Assembly (NCBI GenBank): GCA_013265495.1
Contig: MU059161.1
Coordinates: forward strand, 5,665,598 to 5,729,597
Length of the DNA: 64,000 nucleotides
Reading direction: 5' to 3'
Source of the DNA: Vicugna vicugna
Lineage: Eukaryota
In this document: positions 48,101-60,500 of the stretch, one piece after another
How the letters are laid out: each line of letters begins with the position of its first letter
How positions within the stretch are numbered: position 1 is the stretch's first letter
Notes under the pieces: model-generated
Databases searched by the model: none
Seen by the model: only the letters and a program-made list of their open reading frames with translations
What the model was told of the DNA's origin: nothing
Translations under genes and position numbers: made by a program

Positions 48101-49102
48101 AAGTATCGTGCACATGCACACAAACACATGTTTCCGGAAAAATACAAATAGCTCGTCTAACTCATGGTTTCATGCGATGCTGCTCAGAAAGAGGGAAAGA
48201 TTTTCTGGAGTTAAAAAATTAATTGAATTAAAATAAAATAATAAAGACACAGAAGTAACTGTGTTTAATCGGAGAGAGGACAAAAACCATGATGCTGAGA
48301 CATGAAGGTCTGAAATCTGAGACTCCACAGAGGGGGAGGGTCTCGGGTCAGATTCTGGTCCCAGATGTGTCAGCCCGAGGGAGGCATCTTGGTGCCACTT
48401 CTTCCCTTGAGGCAGATGACCTGTAAGCTTCCGCTTGTTTTCGGCCATCCACTTTTTATTGGCAAGTATCAGCAAAACCAAGCCTGGGTGAGAGAGATAG
48501 CCTCTCCTTATCCAATGTCTGATGAGCAAATGATAAAAGGCAAGTTGGGTTTTTTTCTGATTATACAAAGGGAAGTTCTGGGAAGCCGGAAGCCCATGAA
48601 TTGGAAATATTAAGAGTTCTGGCTGGTGTTAACCCAAGGGCATGGGCGAAGCATGTGCTCCTGGCACTGGAGAAGTTACCTCGGAGTCACCTTCCATTTG
48701 CTCACTGTTTTCTTCCAACTTTCATCGGAAACTTATTATTCACTTTTCAGGTGCTGGACAGTGTGCTCTGAGCTGGGGATCCACAGTCGACCAGCACCCA
48801 GTGCCTGTCCTCCTGAGCCAGACAGATGCGTGATCTGTCTCTCACGGCTCACTGGTGCTGGTGCCATGGCTCTGGTTAGTGTGGGACCAAAGGAGCAGAT
48901 GGGTGCCGACCTTTCTGTGTGTCATGGCAGGTGAGACAGCGGAGGTAAAGGAAGGGGTGAGGGGGGCAGTTTAAGCCAAGCAGGTATTTGCAAGCCTCCC
49001 CCATCTGCTAATTTAACTGGGCTTTTGTCTCCTCATCTGTAAAATGGGAACAATAATATGCACACAGATTAAACTAGACACTGTGTTAAAAAGGAAAAGG
49101 CT

Positions 49103-49592
49103 CACTTGCGTGTATAGACCACACCTTCTTTATCCATTCACCCGTGATGGACAGTTAGGTTGTTTCCACCTTGTGGCAATTGTAACGTAATGCCAGAGTG
49201 AATGTGGGGGTGCAGATTATTCAGTCTTAAAAAGGAAGGAAACCCTGCCATATGCTACAACAGGGAGGAACCTTGAGGACGTTACACTAAACGAGATAAT
49301 CCAGTCACAGAAGGATAAATACGGCATTAATCCATTTATAAGAGGGATCTAAACTAGCCCAGTGCTTTTCAGTGCAAGTAGAAAACAGAAAGATGCTTGC
49401 CAAGAGCTGCTAGGGGAAATGAGGGGGGTCGCTGTTCAATGCATCTCATACAAGATGAAAGTCACACAAGATGAAAAAGTTGCAGAGAGCTGCTCTACAG
49501 CAAAGTGCAGATACAGCTCACACGACTGTACTTCCAAAAATTGTCAAGAGGACAGATTTCATGTTATGTCTGTCATCACAACAACAACAAAA
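49103..49592 (+). mobile_element. 5'-inverted L1 3' fragment (twin-priming structure)
   Basis: 49103-49217 is antisense L1, 49218-49592 is sense L1; the two pieces are adjacent in the L1 consensus. Confidence 0.7.
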
Positions 49593-50299
49593 AAGATAAA
49601 GGGCTTAAGCAAATAATACTATATATTCTTTATGAATATTTACATTGGTAGTTAAGTGTATAAGAAACATGGGAGAGGGGCTACTTACCAGTCTTTGCCA
49701 AGCAATTGTTTCTAGAGAGGGAGGGATGGAAGGAGGGAGATAAATGAGATTAGGGCGGGGAGGAGGTCACTGTATTTGTAAAATTTTAATTCTTAAAACA
49801 AAAGGATCTGAAGCTAAGGGGGAAATATTAATTTCTCAAATTGGAATGAGAAGTGCATTGGGACTTATCATTTTTGTGTTTGAACTACTTAACAATAATA
49901 ATTAAGAAAGTGCTTGTATTATGTTTGAAATATTTAACAATAATAGTTAAGAATAAGACAGTGCTCAGCAAAGTGTTTGCCACAGAAAAGGGCTCAAAAA
50001 GTGACAGCTAAACAATACACATCAAAACACAAAGCCGGTGTGGGTGTCCAGAAGCACGAGGGAGTGTGCTGAGCTTCTGGGAGAGCTCACGCATCCACGG
50101 GGCTGGGGAAGGAAGCCAAGGCCAGATCGCAAAGAGCTCTCCTGTGCCGAGGTGCGCATCACGAAGGCTGGCTTCAGTCCCGGAGACCCGCCCTGCTGGT
50201 CTAGCACGGAGCGAAATGAGGTCCAGCTCCAAAGTGGCTCTGCTTCCAGGGACGATATAGCAAAGCAACTGGGACTCTCCTCTGTTGTTGATAAGAATG

Positions 50300-50900
50300 C
50301 AAAATGATACAGCCACTTTGGAAACCAGTTTGGTGGTTTCTGATTAAGTTAAATATTCACTTAGCAAATAGGAACTAGCCTTCCCATTCTCAGGCATTTG
50401 CCCTGAGAGGTGAAAATCTACGCTCACACAAACCTGTACATGAATGTTGATAGCAGTTCTGTTCATAATTGTCAAGAAATGTAAATAACCCAAATGTCTT
50501 TCAACTGGTGAATGGATGAACGAATGGCGATAGGTCTATACCATGGAGTGCCACTGTGGGATTAAAAAGAATGAACTCTGGGTACATGCAACAGCATGGA
50601 TGAATCTCAGAGGTGTCATTCTGAGGGAAAGGAGTCAGCCTCAAAAGGTACGTAGTGTGAGATTCCATATATATGACGTTCTCAAAAAGACAAAACTATA
50701 GTGATGGGGAACTCATTAGCCAGAGACTAGGGGTGGGGGATAGAGTATGACTACGAAGGGACAGCAGAAGGGAGAAGGGAGTTTTTTGGGTGTTAAAACC
50801 TGTTCTGTATCCTGATTGTGGCGATGCTACACAAACCCAGATATTCAAAGTCATAGAACTGTACACACAAGATCTCAACGTACCATATGTTAATTTAAAA
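50300..50900 (+). mobile_element. Old L1 (L1MC/MD-like) 3' fragment
   Basis: AATGCAAAATGATACAGCCACTTTGGAAA...GCAACAGCATGGATGAATCTCAGAGG motifs. Confidence 0.75.
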
Positions 50901-52084
50901 AGCAAAACTTTTTAAATCCTGGGAATAGCAATAGACTTTGAAGGTGGTCAGCCATCACAACTAATGCCTGTGTGTTGAGGGAGGAAGACTAAATGGCACA
51001 ACGAAAAGATGAGGCATTTCTTATGAAACATTTAGAACTTATATCCATCCATCTGTCCAGGCGTCCACCCAACCAGCCAACCAGTACAGGTGGTTCTGAC
51101 CAGCACACATCCAGTACTCATGGAATGTACAACGTGATGTAGACAGAAGCTATGGGGGGAAATGACAAAATGTGATGAGTGTCAACAAAGACGTAGGTTG
51201 ATAACTGAAAGACAGATGTTTCTGAAGTAGTTTCCACTTAGGCAAGAATTTGCTGGATTCACACCAAATCTAACAGCTTTCCATTCTTTTTCCAATTGGG
51301 CTAGATCCGTACAGCTTTTTGCACATCAGTGCAAAATATCTAATTTGGTGTATTTGTGAAATGCGTTGTAGTTACGCTATTTTGTATGTACCTTATAAAA
51401 CACACCCTGTGTGTCTTCAATCCCAAGTTCACTTTATGTGAAATGCAAGTCTAAAGTGTGCATGTGTATTGGAAAATGGAGAATTTCCACCCCCGTGTGT
51501 GAATCTAGCGTCCTTCTTAATGCGGGTAATTAGCGAAAGAGGGAATTGGTTGCTGTGAATGGAGATGAGGTCAGCAGAGGAAAAGGAAGGCTGTAGATTT
51601 ATGTATCATTTTTACTTATTTATTTATGGCACTGAAGCCCTAGAAGAGACGCAGGAACAGGCCAGAGAAGCTGGCCTTCAGGCAGTGAGGGTCGGGGGCA
51701 CTGCCCACACGTGCTGGGCAAGATGTTGCCTTGGCACAACCAAAACCTGTCATCTCCGAGACCGGCAAGGGGCTTTGAGAAATGTCTAGTCGGTAGTCAG
51801 GCAAATAGATTAATCATCCCAGGCTTATTTCCTTTTCACGATTGAGAGTTTTTCATGCTTTGGAGATCCCAGGGGGACCTAGAGGCAGAACCCAGAAGTT
51901 GCCGACAATCAAAACGTGGGATGAGGACCAGACAGGGCACAGATAAAATATCCCTTGGCATGTGTGTCACCCTCAAAAAAATAAAATAAATTTGCAAATT
52001 AATTTTGAGATGTATAACAAAGAAAGTATGGATTGTTGGGTGGATAGAGGGATGGCTCTTTGGCGGATAGATACGTGAGCATCA

Positions 52085-53420
52085 CTCCCCACTCTGTACG
52101 TGTGCGCTGCTCACAGGGACCTTCCTTCTAACGAGTACATGCGGAAAGGGAGGAAGAAGAGTGACTTCACTCTTTGGATTGGAAAAACGTGACAAATGCT
52201 CCCTCAGCCAGTGATCAAGACCAACTTCCACAGTGATAAGACATGGTGACAGTGTGTCCCCTTGATGTGGTGTGATGTGACTGGCAGTCTTCCTTCCAAA
52301 ACCCCATAATCCCAGTCTGATCCTGAGAAAATCGTCACATTCGCAATAGGTAAGATACAGAAACAATCATTGTCCCTCTACAAATGGATGGATAAAGAGA
52401 TGTGGTATTTATACATATATAATTATACACAATTATATTATATATATAATTATTATATATAATTTTACATANNNNNNNNNNNNNNNNNNNNNNNNNNNNN
52501 NNNNNNNNNNNNNNNNNNNNNNNNNNNNNNNNNNNNNNNNNNNNNNNNNNNNNNNNNNNNNNNNNNNNNNNNNNNNNNNNNNNNNNNNNNNNNNNNNNNN
52601 NNATATTGAGAAATAAGTCAGAGAAAGACACATACTGTATGTACCCTTTATATATGGCATCTAAGACAGCCGAATTCACAGAAGAAGAGAGTAGAATGGT
52701 GGGAGAATGGGGAGATGCTGGTCAAAGGTCAGAAGCTTACAGTTATAAGATGAATAACTTCCGGAGATCTGATGCACAGCATGGCAATAACGGTTAACAA
52801 TACTGCCTTTCCATACTTGAAAGTTGCTAAGAGAGTAGATCTTAAATGTTCTCACCACAAAAAGAAAGTGATAGTTACACGAGGTGATGGCGGTAGTAAC
52901 TAACCTTACTGTGGCGATCATTTCACAATATCAAAGCGTATCAGATCATCACACTGTACAGCTTAAACTTACATACTGTTATATGTCAATTCTATCTCAA
53001 TAAAGCTGGAAAAAATAAACTATTAGTTTTTTTTTTTAAGAAGACAGTTATCAGACAATTCCCAGTTGAGGGACACTACAAAGTACCTGACCATTATTCC
53101 TCAAACTGTCAAGGTCACCAACAGCGAGGAGAGTCTAAGAAACTGTCACAGCCAAGAGGACCTCTAGGAGACAGGACAACGAAATGTAACGTGGCATCCT
53201 GGATGGGATCCTAGAACAGAAAAAGGGTATTAGGCCAAGACTAAGAAAATCTGAAAACAGTGCTGACTTCAGCTAATAACAATCCATCAATATTAGCTCA
53301 TTAACTGGAACAAATGTACTAATGTACGATGTTAATAAGCAGAGGAAACTGAGTACAAGGGACCTCTGCATGATCTTCACATTTTTTTCTCTAAATCTAA
53401 AATTTAAAGTTTGTTTAAAT
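52085..53420 (+). mobile_element. L1MC-like 3' fragment interrupted by a younger L1MA-like 3' end (about 52336-53018)
   Basis: L1MC text stops at ...GAGAAAATC and resumes at TCAGACAATTCCCAGTTGAGGGAC; the insert ends CTCAATAAAGCTGGAAAAAA. Confidence 0.7.
52472..52602. other. Assembly gap (131 N) next to an AT-rich run inside an L1
   Basis: Run of N. Confidence 0.99.
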
Positions 53421-53869
53421 AAATGAGCTTTAGTGAAATGTCCGTAATCGAAATTAGGTGGTGGGTAATATTGGTGTGCGCTGTGGAGTTCTTTCCACTT
53501 TGTTGTGTGTTTGAAATTATTCACAATCTAAAAAATTGATGCGTAAGCATTTTGTTTAAACTGCAGGGTAGGAAGATCCTGAAACGCTTCAAGCAGCTAG
53601 CAAGCAAACAAAGGGTCGTAAATGAAAATGAACTGTATAGTTCTTTTAATAAAGATGTGCAAATTGCCTCTGAGGTCCTCACTGGGTGTGCTGTGTTCAT
53701 TGCTTTGTATAACTCAATGTGCAGTAATTTATAAGGATATTAATAACTTTCCCATCAACTTTGGTTCCCCCAACCCTGTATTCCCCCTGCAGATTTTAAG
53801 TTTCTTAATCACAATTTGTCCTCAATGCCCCACAGTTGGAGAGATGTTACATCTTTACATATTTCCACA

Positions 53870-54910
53870 GATGACCTAGTATCCTACTTCATAGAGAAAA
53901 ACTGAGGCTAGCAGGCGTAACTCCCCCACTTCCCACCCTCACCCCTTCCTTCCGGACTCAGAGAGCGATTTAGGGTTGACTCCTCCCTCTGTCCTCCACC
54001 CTCCCCTTCCTAATTCTTCCAAGACAGTCACGTTTTCCATCCACTCTTTTATTGCTTTCCCGTATCTTCAAATCTTCTCAACCAACTCTTCTTCACAGCC
54101 CCAAAGCCTGTGGCTTTTATCTTTGAACAACGAACCACGTCCTCCAAGAGCAAAACAAACCAGTCATCAAAAAGTCTTCTCCCTCTGCCTCTGCCCTCCT
54201 CTTTTCCTCATAGCCACAGTTCTCAGGAGGACACGGTCTACACTGGCTATCTGCACACACGTTCACTCCCCAGTGCCCAACTCTGCACTGAAGCTCTCTG
54301 CAGGGCTCACTGGTGGCTTCCCCGAGGCCCACGCCAGCAGCCTGGACTTTCAACCGCAGGTGACACTCAGGCCCAAGTGCCTGATGGGCATCCTCCCCTC
54401 CCTTGGCGTCTAGGACTTGCTCTCCTCCACCCACCGCGTTGGCTGATCCTTGTCAGCCTCTCTAGCTACTTCCTCTTTCTCTGGTCACCCTAATAGATAT
54501 CAGAGCTCTGTCCCTGACCTCTTTATCATGCGTTGACACACTTCCTGCAGGATCCAGCTCCTTTCAAGGCCTCCATCACTCTCATGATTCCCAGATCTGC
54601 ACTTCCCCATAAGATACAAACGACTGATGTGTAACTAGTTTTGAGGACCTACTACACGCTGGGCATTGTTTAAGCACTTTGCATGCATCTGATCTTTACA
54701 ACAACCCTAGGAGGATGGTACTATGATAATTATCCCATTTTACAGATTACAGAGAGATCGAACCACTGGCCCAAGTTCACACAGCCTGAAACCAGGATTC
54801 AAACCTTGACCCAGTCTGTAACCACCGCAGTCCTCTCCTTACAGAGCATCTCCGCCTGGAGTTCCTTCATGTGCCCCAAACTCAACATGACCCAAATGGA
54901 ACTCAGATTG
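53870..54910 (+). mobile_element. L2 fragment interrupted by a MIR (about 54610-54830)
   Basis: TACTTCATAGAGAAAA start; CCCAAACTCAACATGACCCAAATGGAACTC after the MIR. Confidence 0.55.
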
Positions 54911-55319
54911 TTTTCCCCAAAAATTGTGCCCTTTGTATTTCAGAGGAGGCTCCAGACTTGCTTCTATAATTGAACAGGGAGGAGCCCTTTGAGACAAAAA
55001 ATAATAATAATAATGGTGATTACAAAGTCTAGTTCAGGGGCCTGAAGCTCCAGCTTGGGCTTGTCCCAGCACGTCTCCTGTGCCGCAGCAGGGTGACTGC
55101 CAGGAATGCCCATCTCACCAGCCTTTCTGTGACTCCCCACTGTCCTCCGGCTAAGGTCTAGATTCCTTAGCTTAGCATTTCCCAACTCTGGTCAACGCTG
55201 TCAGCCTCACTTCTCACTGTGGTCTCCGTTTGTTCCTTTTATCAACAAATAATTCTTGAGTACTGAGGGTTTCTGGACCCAATTCCAGTGAAGATAGCAT
55301 TCAAAATCCCAAAGGTTAA

Positions 55320-55545
55320 GGTCTCAGTCTAGCAAGACTGCCCTCTCCCAGCCCCCCAAATTCACGGGCCAACCTTAGAAGCTGCCACCTGAACTTCCAC
55401 CTGGTTAACCCTCCCTGAGTGTTCTATTAATTTGCTAGAGCGACTCACAGAACTCACAGAAACATTTTGCGTACTAGACCACCCATTTATTACAAAAGGA
55501 TATAACTCAGGAATAGTCAGATGGGAGAAACAAACGAGAAAGACG
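55320..55545. mobile_element. LTR fragment (MER21/MER77-like)
   Basis: ATTAATTTGCTAGAGCGACTCACAGAACTC...GGATATAACTCAGGAATAGTCAGATGG signature. Confidence 0.55.
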
Positions 55546-57023
55546 GGTGAGCGAGAAGTGCCGTAAATTAGCCAGGACGATGTCCCTGGGGGTGCTGCTT
55601 TAGAAGGAATGGTCAGGTCACTTTATGAGAAGGTGGCATTTGGGTGAAACTCAAATGGTAAGAAAGGAACAGCCGAGCAAAGAGGGGCAGAAAGTCCTGA
55701 AGTGCAAAAGTCTCGTGTGTCTGAGGAACAGAAAAGAGTAGGAAAAGTTAAGGGGCCGGAGGGGAGATCGGGGAGGCCCACAGGGACAAGGCCACGCAGT
55801 GCCTTGCAGGCCATGGAAAGGAGTCTGGATTTCACTGCAAGCGAGTTAGAGGCATAAGCCACTGCTGAGCGGGTGAAGGAGCGAGTGAATTCATAAACAC
55901 GACATGTGTGCTTTGTTTCAAATTTAGTTTGTTTGTGGCTTATCTCTGCGTTGAGCCTTCAGCACCACCTTTACCTGGTCCTTCTTCTAACCACCTGGTT
56001 GGTGTCAACTTTTGTCCTGAGTTCCAGGCTCGTTGCTGTTGAACAAACTGAAGCTGTCACCTTGGCCCCAGGTCTCCTCTCAGCATCAAGGCAGGGGGAC
56101 AGTGAGCAGCCTGGCCTGGAAACAGCCTGGGGCCGTCTACCTCTTGGTCCAGGACTGACTCCTGAGCAATCCCTCAGGGCTCCTGGGTGAAGGGTGAGGT
56201 CACTGACAAGAGGTGGAGGTGAGAGCCAGAGATGACAGGAGAACTTGGAAAACACGGGAAGTTCGGCAACGATCGGAGCAGATTTGGGATCCTGTCTCGT
56301 GACCTTGGACAAGCCTCTCGACCTCGATTTCCTCTCCGTGACACAGGGACCCAAGTACCATGTCATTGGTTTGCGGGGAAAGAGTAAATAAGGAAGAAAT
56401 AAGTGTCAACAAACATGATTTGCCCCCCCTTTCTTTAAATGAATGACGACCCCCTCGCCTGAAAGTTAAACTGTGCCGTCAGAAAGCGCCTTTGTTCGTG
56501 GCTCTTGTTCTGCCGAAGTGAGAAAAGGGTGAAAATCATGCGGTGAGTCTCAGTTCCCCATTTTGTTTATATCCAAATTGATATTTCCCTTTTGCCACAA
56601 TAGCAAAAACAGAAAGAAAGAAAAAAGAAACAGCAAAACAAAAGTGGAAACAGCTTCACTTCTCCTTCCCTCAAGATCCAGCGTGGCAATCCTGACCGCC
56701 CTCCGGAGGCAGAGCTGCAGAAGGCCGTGGAGCCTGGGGGTAGGGGGAGCGGGCATTAGCCTAAGTGCCTGGTACCATAACCCCCCCGGCCCCCTGGATC
56801 ATCCAGCTTCATAATTAATTACTGTGGGAACAATCATTCACGTGGCTGAATTGTTTTTCTCATTCAGTTCTTCCCATCTTGTCCTTTAAAACAATGTCAA
56901 CACTGTGGGCCACACCGGATCATCTAGGAAGGGGGTTCGATGGTTTGGGAGCTGGTTTTACTGAAAGCTCTGGTCCTGGGAAATCTCAGCAAGTTGCCTT
57001 GTTTTACTAGGAAGCCAACCATA

Positions 57024-57041
57024 GCGCGTGCGCGCGCACAC

Positions 57042-57073
<32 letters not shown>
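57024..57073 (+). repeat. (GC)n/(CA)n alternating purine-pyrimidine tract
   Basis: GCGCGTGCGCGCGCACACACACGCACAC...; about 50 nt. Confidence 0.95.
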
Positions 57074-57119
57074 CCCTCCCCTGAACCCAGTTCCGCACCA
57101 CTCCCCCACCCCCAGCCCC

Positions 57120-57280
57120 AGGAAGCAGATTTCTCAACGAGCAGGGCCGGGTATGAGTCACAGGCAATTCCCCTTTGTTGGGGGGCATGAGACCTCCCTT
57201 TCGCTCTTGGGGCCACAAGGGGCTGCTGAGAAGGAGATGTGGTCTGGGCCTCGGGGGAAATTCCCACGTCTGTACTGTGG
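57120..57280. promoter_or_regulatory. Candidate inducible enhancer (AP-1, two NF-kB-type sites, RUNX-like)
   Basis: TGAGTCA 57154-57160; GGCAATTCCCC 57163-57173; TGTGGTC 57238; GGGGAAATTCCC 57254-57265. Confidence 0.5.
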
Positions 57281-57505
57281 CTTGGGAAGGACACAGTCAC
57301 TTTTCTCAGCCACATCTCCAAGGTCGAGGACCCCTTGTTCCCGGTAAAGGCCCACTTTCCTGGTCGAGGGTGGATGTCTGCAGGGTTTGGTGCCGCTTAC
57401 AGTATGGGGATGCTGGGTGGGGGGGTGTGGGAAAGAACAGCTAGCATGAACCGGGTGGGCTCCTCAGAGCAGCCTGCCCAAGGTCACACGGCGGTGGGGA
57501 CGGAA

Positions 57506-57531
57506 GTGTGTGTGTGTGTGTGTGTGTGTGT
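57506..57531 (+). repeat. (GT)13 microsatellite
   Basis: Direct read. Confidence 0.95.
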
Positions 57532-60500
57532 AACTCACACTTACGTGCAAAGGGTTAAAATGGGAAGGGAAACAGGGCTTTAATAGCTGGCTGGTTACTG
57601 GGGCTTTCAAACTTTCTTCCAAGAGCTGCTGCCTTTGGGGAGGAACAAAAGGAGAAGAGAGAGAAGTCCAGGGCATGTTCTCAGCCCTGCCACCCAGCAC
57701 ACACCCCTTCTCCCTCCACCTTGCTTGGTCCGTGATCACCTCGGATGGTCAAGTCTGTTCTTGACCACAAGTTTCTTTTTATCAAATCAGCTCAGACCAA
57801 GCAAAGAAGTGGAGTAGGTGCCCTCCCCCAAGAGCATCATGGTGGCAGGAGAAGGGCCCTGCTGGGGACAAGATTCTCCCTGAATCTATGAGCGCCATTC
57901 CCACGGCTCCTTGGGGATGGGGAAGATGAGCCTTGGGGAACACCTGGATCAGGCATCTTCTGTTTCCTTTCCTTTCTCAGGTGGAGATGACACGTCCCTG
58001 TCCTTGGGACCCACCTGCAAGGTGCCCAGCATCCTTGACAGGGACAGAGAGGAGACAGACAGACCAAGCGAAGCCAGTGAGCTTTGAAAGCAGCTGTAGC
58101 TCTGATTAGGGGCCAGCCCTGCCTGCAAACCTTTCATCCCAGGCCATTTAAAGGCTGCTACAGGGCCGTTCTGGTGACCAGAGGGGCCTGTTTGACACCC
58201 TGCGGGGCCTAGCACTTGTCTCAGGACACAGAGGGCTTCTCACAGCCACTGATGCCCAGGGTGGGCAGATGGGCGGGTACCAATCCCAGACAACAAGCTG
58301 ATGCAAAATGGCATTGCCCGGCCAAACCACAAAAAGAGAAATTCAGTCATTCAGTAAACAGAAGACATTTCACTGAACCCAGAGGAGGCAAATGCCTACA
58401 TCTGACTTTTAGGAGAAAAGGGAACATGACAAACAGATACTCCAAGCAAGGGTTTATCAGAAAAGAAAAAACCGCGCACGTCTTGGGGTGGGTACACGTC
58501 GCGCCCTACTGAGTCCAGGGTCCAAGTTCAGGGCCAAGAGTCCACGATGGCCTCTGCTCTACCAGCCAGGCTGCTATGTCTCAGCAAGATCCCTCCACTT
58601 CCAAGACATGGAGCTAAGGAGGGTTTCCACTCAGATAACCTGAATCCCAAGAAACGGGTTAAGCTCCTGGGCTCCTGGATGAAGTGCGGTTTTATTGTGT
58701 TTACCCGGCAGAGGGCAGAGCAACATCGCTCGCCTCTCTCCCCTCCCCACCTCCAGGTCCACAGCTAAAGGAAATGCGCCTTAGCAAAAATGGGGCTCTC
58801 CTCCAGGGATGGAAAGGCTGCAAGCTTGATTCGCTTTTGAGCCCTCGGCTGGCCCAGGGGTTACGAAGAACCCGATGTTACTGTTTCGAGCATCAGCGCT
58901 GTGGGTTTGTGCTTTGAGACGGACGGGATGTGCACAAGGGGCTGAAGCCTCTTTCGCCCTGGGCTCTCCTCCGTCCCTTATATGGTGAGGCTGGAAAAAA
59001 TGTGTGAAGCTTTCTCCGGAGCCCTTAATCAACACCCTTGCCCCCTGATTAGATTGTATCTGGTGGCCGTTTCCTGCTAAGATTATGACATCACTGCACA
59101 ACCTTTCCTCTTTTAGCAAAGCGGGGTCTGGGTGCTGTCGGTGGGGTGGACCCCAAAACCGGTAAGAACAAGAATCAATGATGGTATTTACTCCTAGGGA
59201 GTGTGCTGTTTCTCTGGAGAGCTGCAGGGTGCATTTGCCGCACTAGATCAGCAGCCAACAGCAGGTCTGGACTCTGAGGCCAGTTCAGTTCCGCTGGTGG
59301 GAAGAAAGGCGACGTAGAATGTGGTTTTGTAGTTCCTGGGGTTTGGGGAGCTCAGAAACTCCCTCTCTCCCTGCCCTCGCTGCACCATTGTTAATTGTGG
59401 AGGAAACTCTGCCCTCTCCTAGTATTGACCTTGAGTTTCCCACAGCCTCAGTTTATCTGTCAGTGAAATGGAAAACCTCATTTTAAATTCTTCACCTACG
59501 GCACGAGGTGTGGCTCTCGTGGGCCCTTCTGAGCCCTTTCACCCCCTCGACGCCCTCTCTCTTTCTCGTCTGCCTTCTGCATGTTCTTTCTCTTGTCCTC
59601 CCTCTCCGCCAGTCCTCTGTCCTCTCTGCCCGCTCCAGGCAGGAAGATGAAGAGGGTGCCACTTTCCAGTTAAGAAGTTAAGCTTTGCAGAAACACAGCC
59701 AGTTTATGATCCTACCCTTCCCAGCTGGGGACGTGTTTACTTACATTTAGGAACATGAGGAGAGAGGCTGAGCTGAGAGGGTTTGAGGCCGGGGGAAATT
59801 ACAATGATCCTTTAAAGTGCTGTTCCCTCCAAAGACCTGAGTTGTCCTGAGCCCACTGGGCTCTGCGTACAGGGGCTTGTGGAAGGAAATGTTAGAGAGG
59901 AGGAGGGCTAAGTTTCCCCCTGATGTCAAGGTTAACTTACTCAGTGTTTCCAAGCCACAGGACAGAGACAGAAGCACAGAGGAAAAGAGGGAGGCAGAGC
60001 AAGACGCACAGAGAGAGACCAGAGAGGGGAGAGACCAGAAAAGGATAAACAGAAAGAAAGAAGTGTGACAGTTCTTGAATACTTTTTAAAAAAGCACAGG
60101 TAAGATTTGAAGAGAGGGGGAAAGGCGTGAGCCTTGATTTTCCCATCTGAAAAATGGAAATATTAATATCCCACCAGGTTATTAGAAGAATTATTAATAA
60201 TTTAGCATTCAAAAATAAGAGGGATTTTTTTTTTCCTTATTTACTACTAAATGACAGAGCCCCTGCAGCAGGTGACTGGTGCCCAGGGAAGGTCCCCTAA
60301 GTACCAGGACCAGTGAAGTGGCAAGATCCCTGAGCCTTTGTCCATCGCCTGCAGGGCAACTTGTACTTTCTGCATTTTCCTGCGGTGCGGGGTGGTTGAA
60401 GGTCACGATAGCCCAGACACTAAAAAGACACGGAGGCCCAGGTCATAGGCTGATCTGTCTAGCATGCCTCTTGTCACCTGTCCATCCGATACGTCTTCTT

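Noticed and set aside
51261-51351. Two short hairpin arm pairs (ACACCAAAT/ATTTGGTGT and TTTTGCAC/GTGCAAAA)
   Set aside because: The arms do not share a centre and are AT-rich; cannot support a structured RNA or palindromic element.
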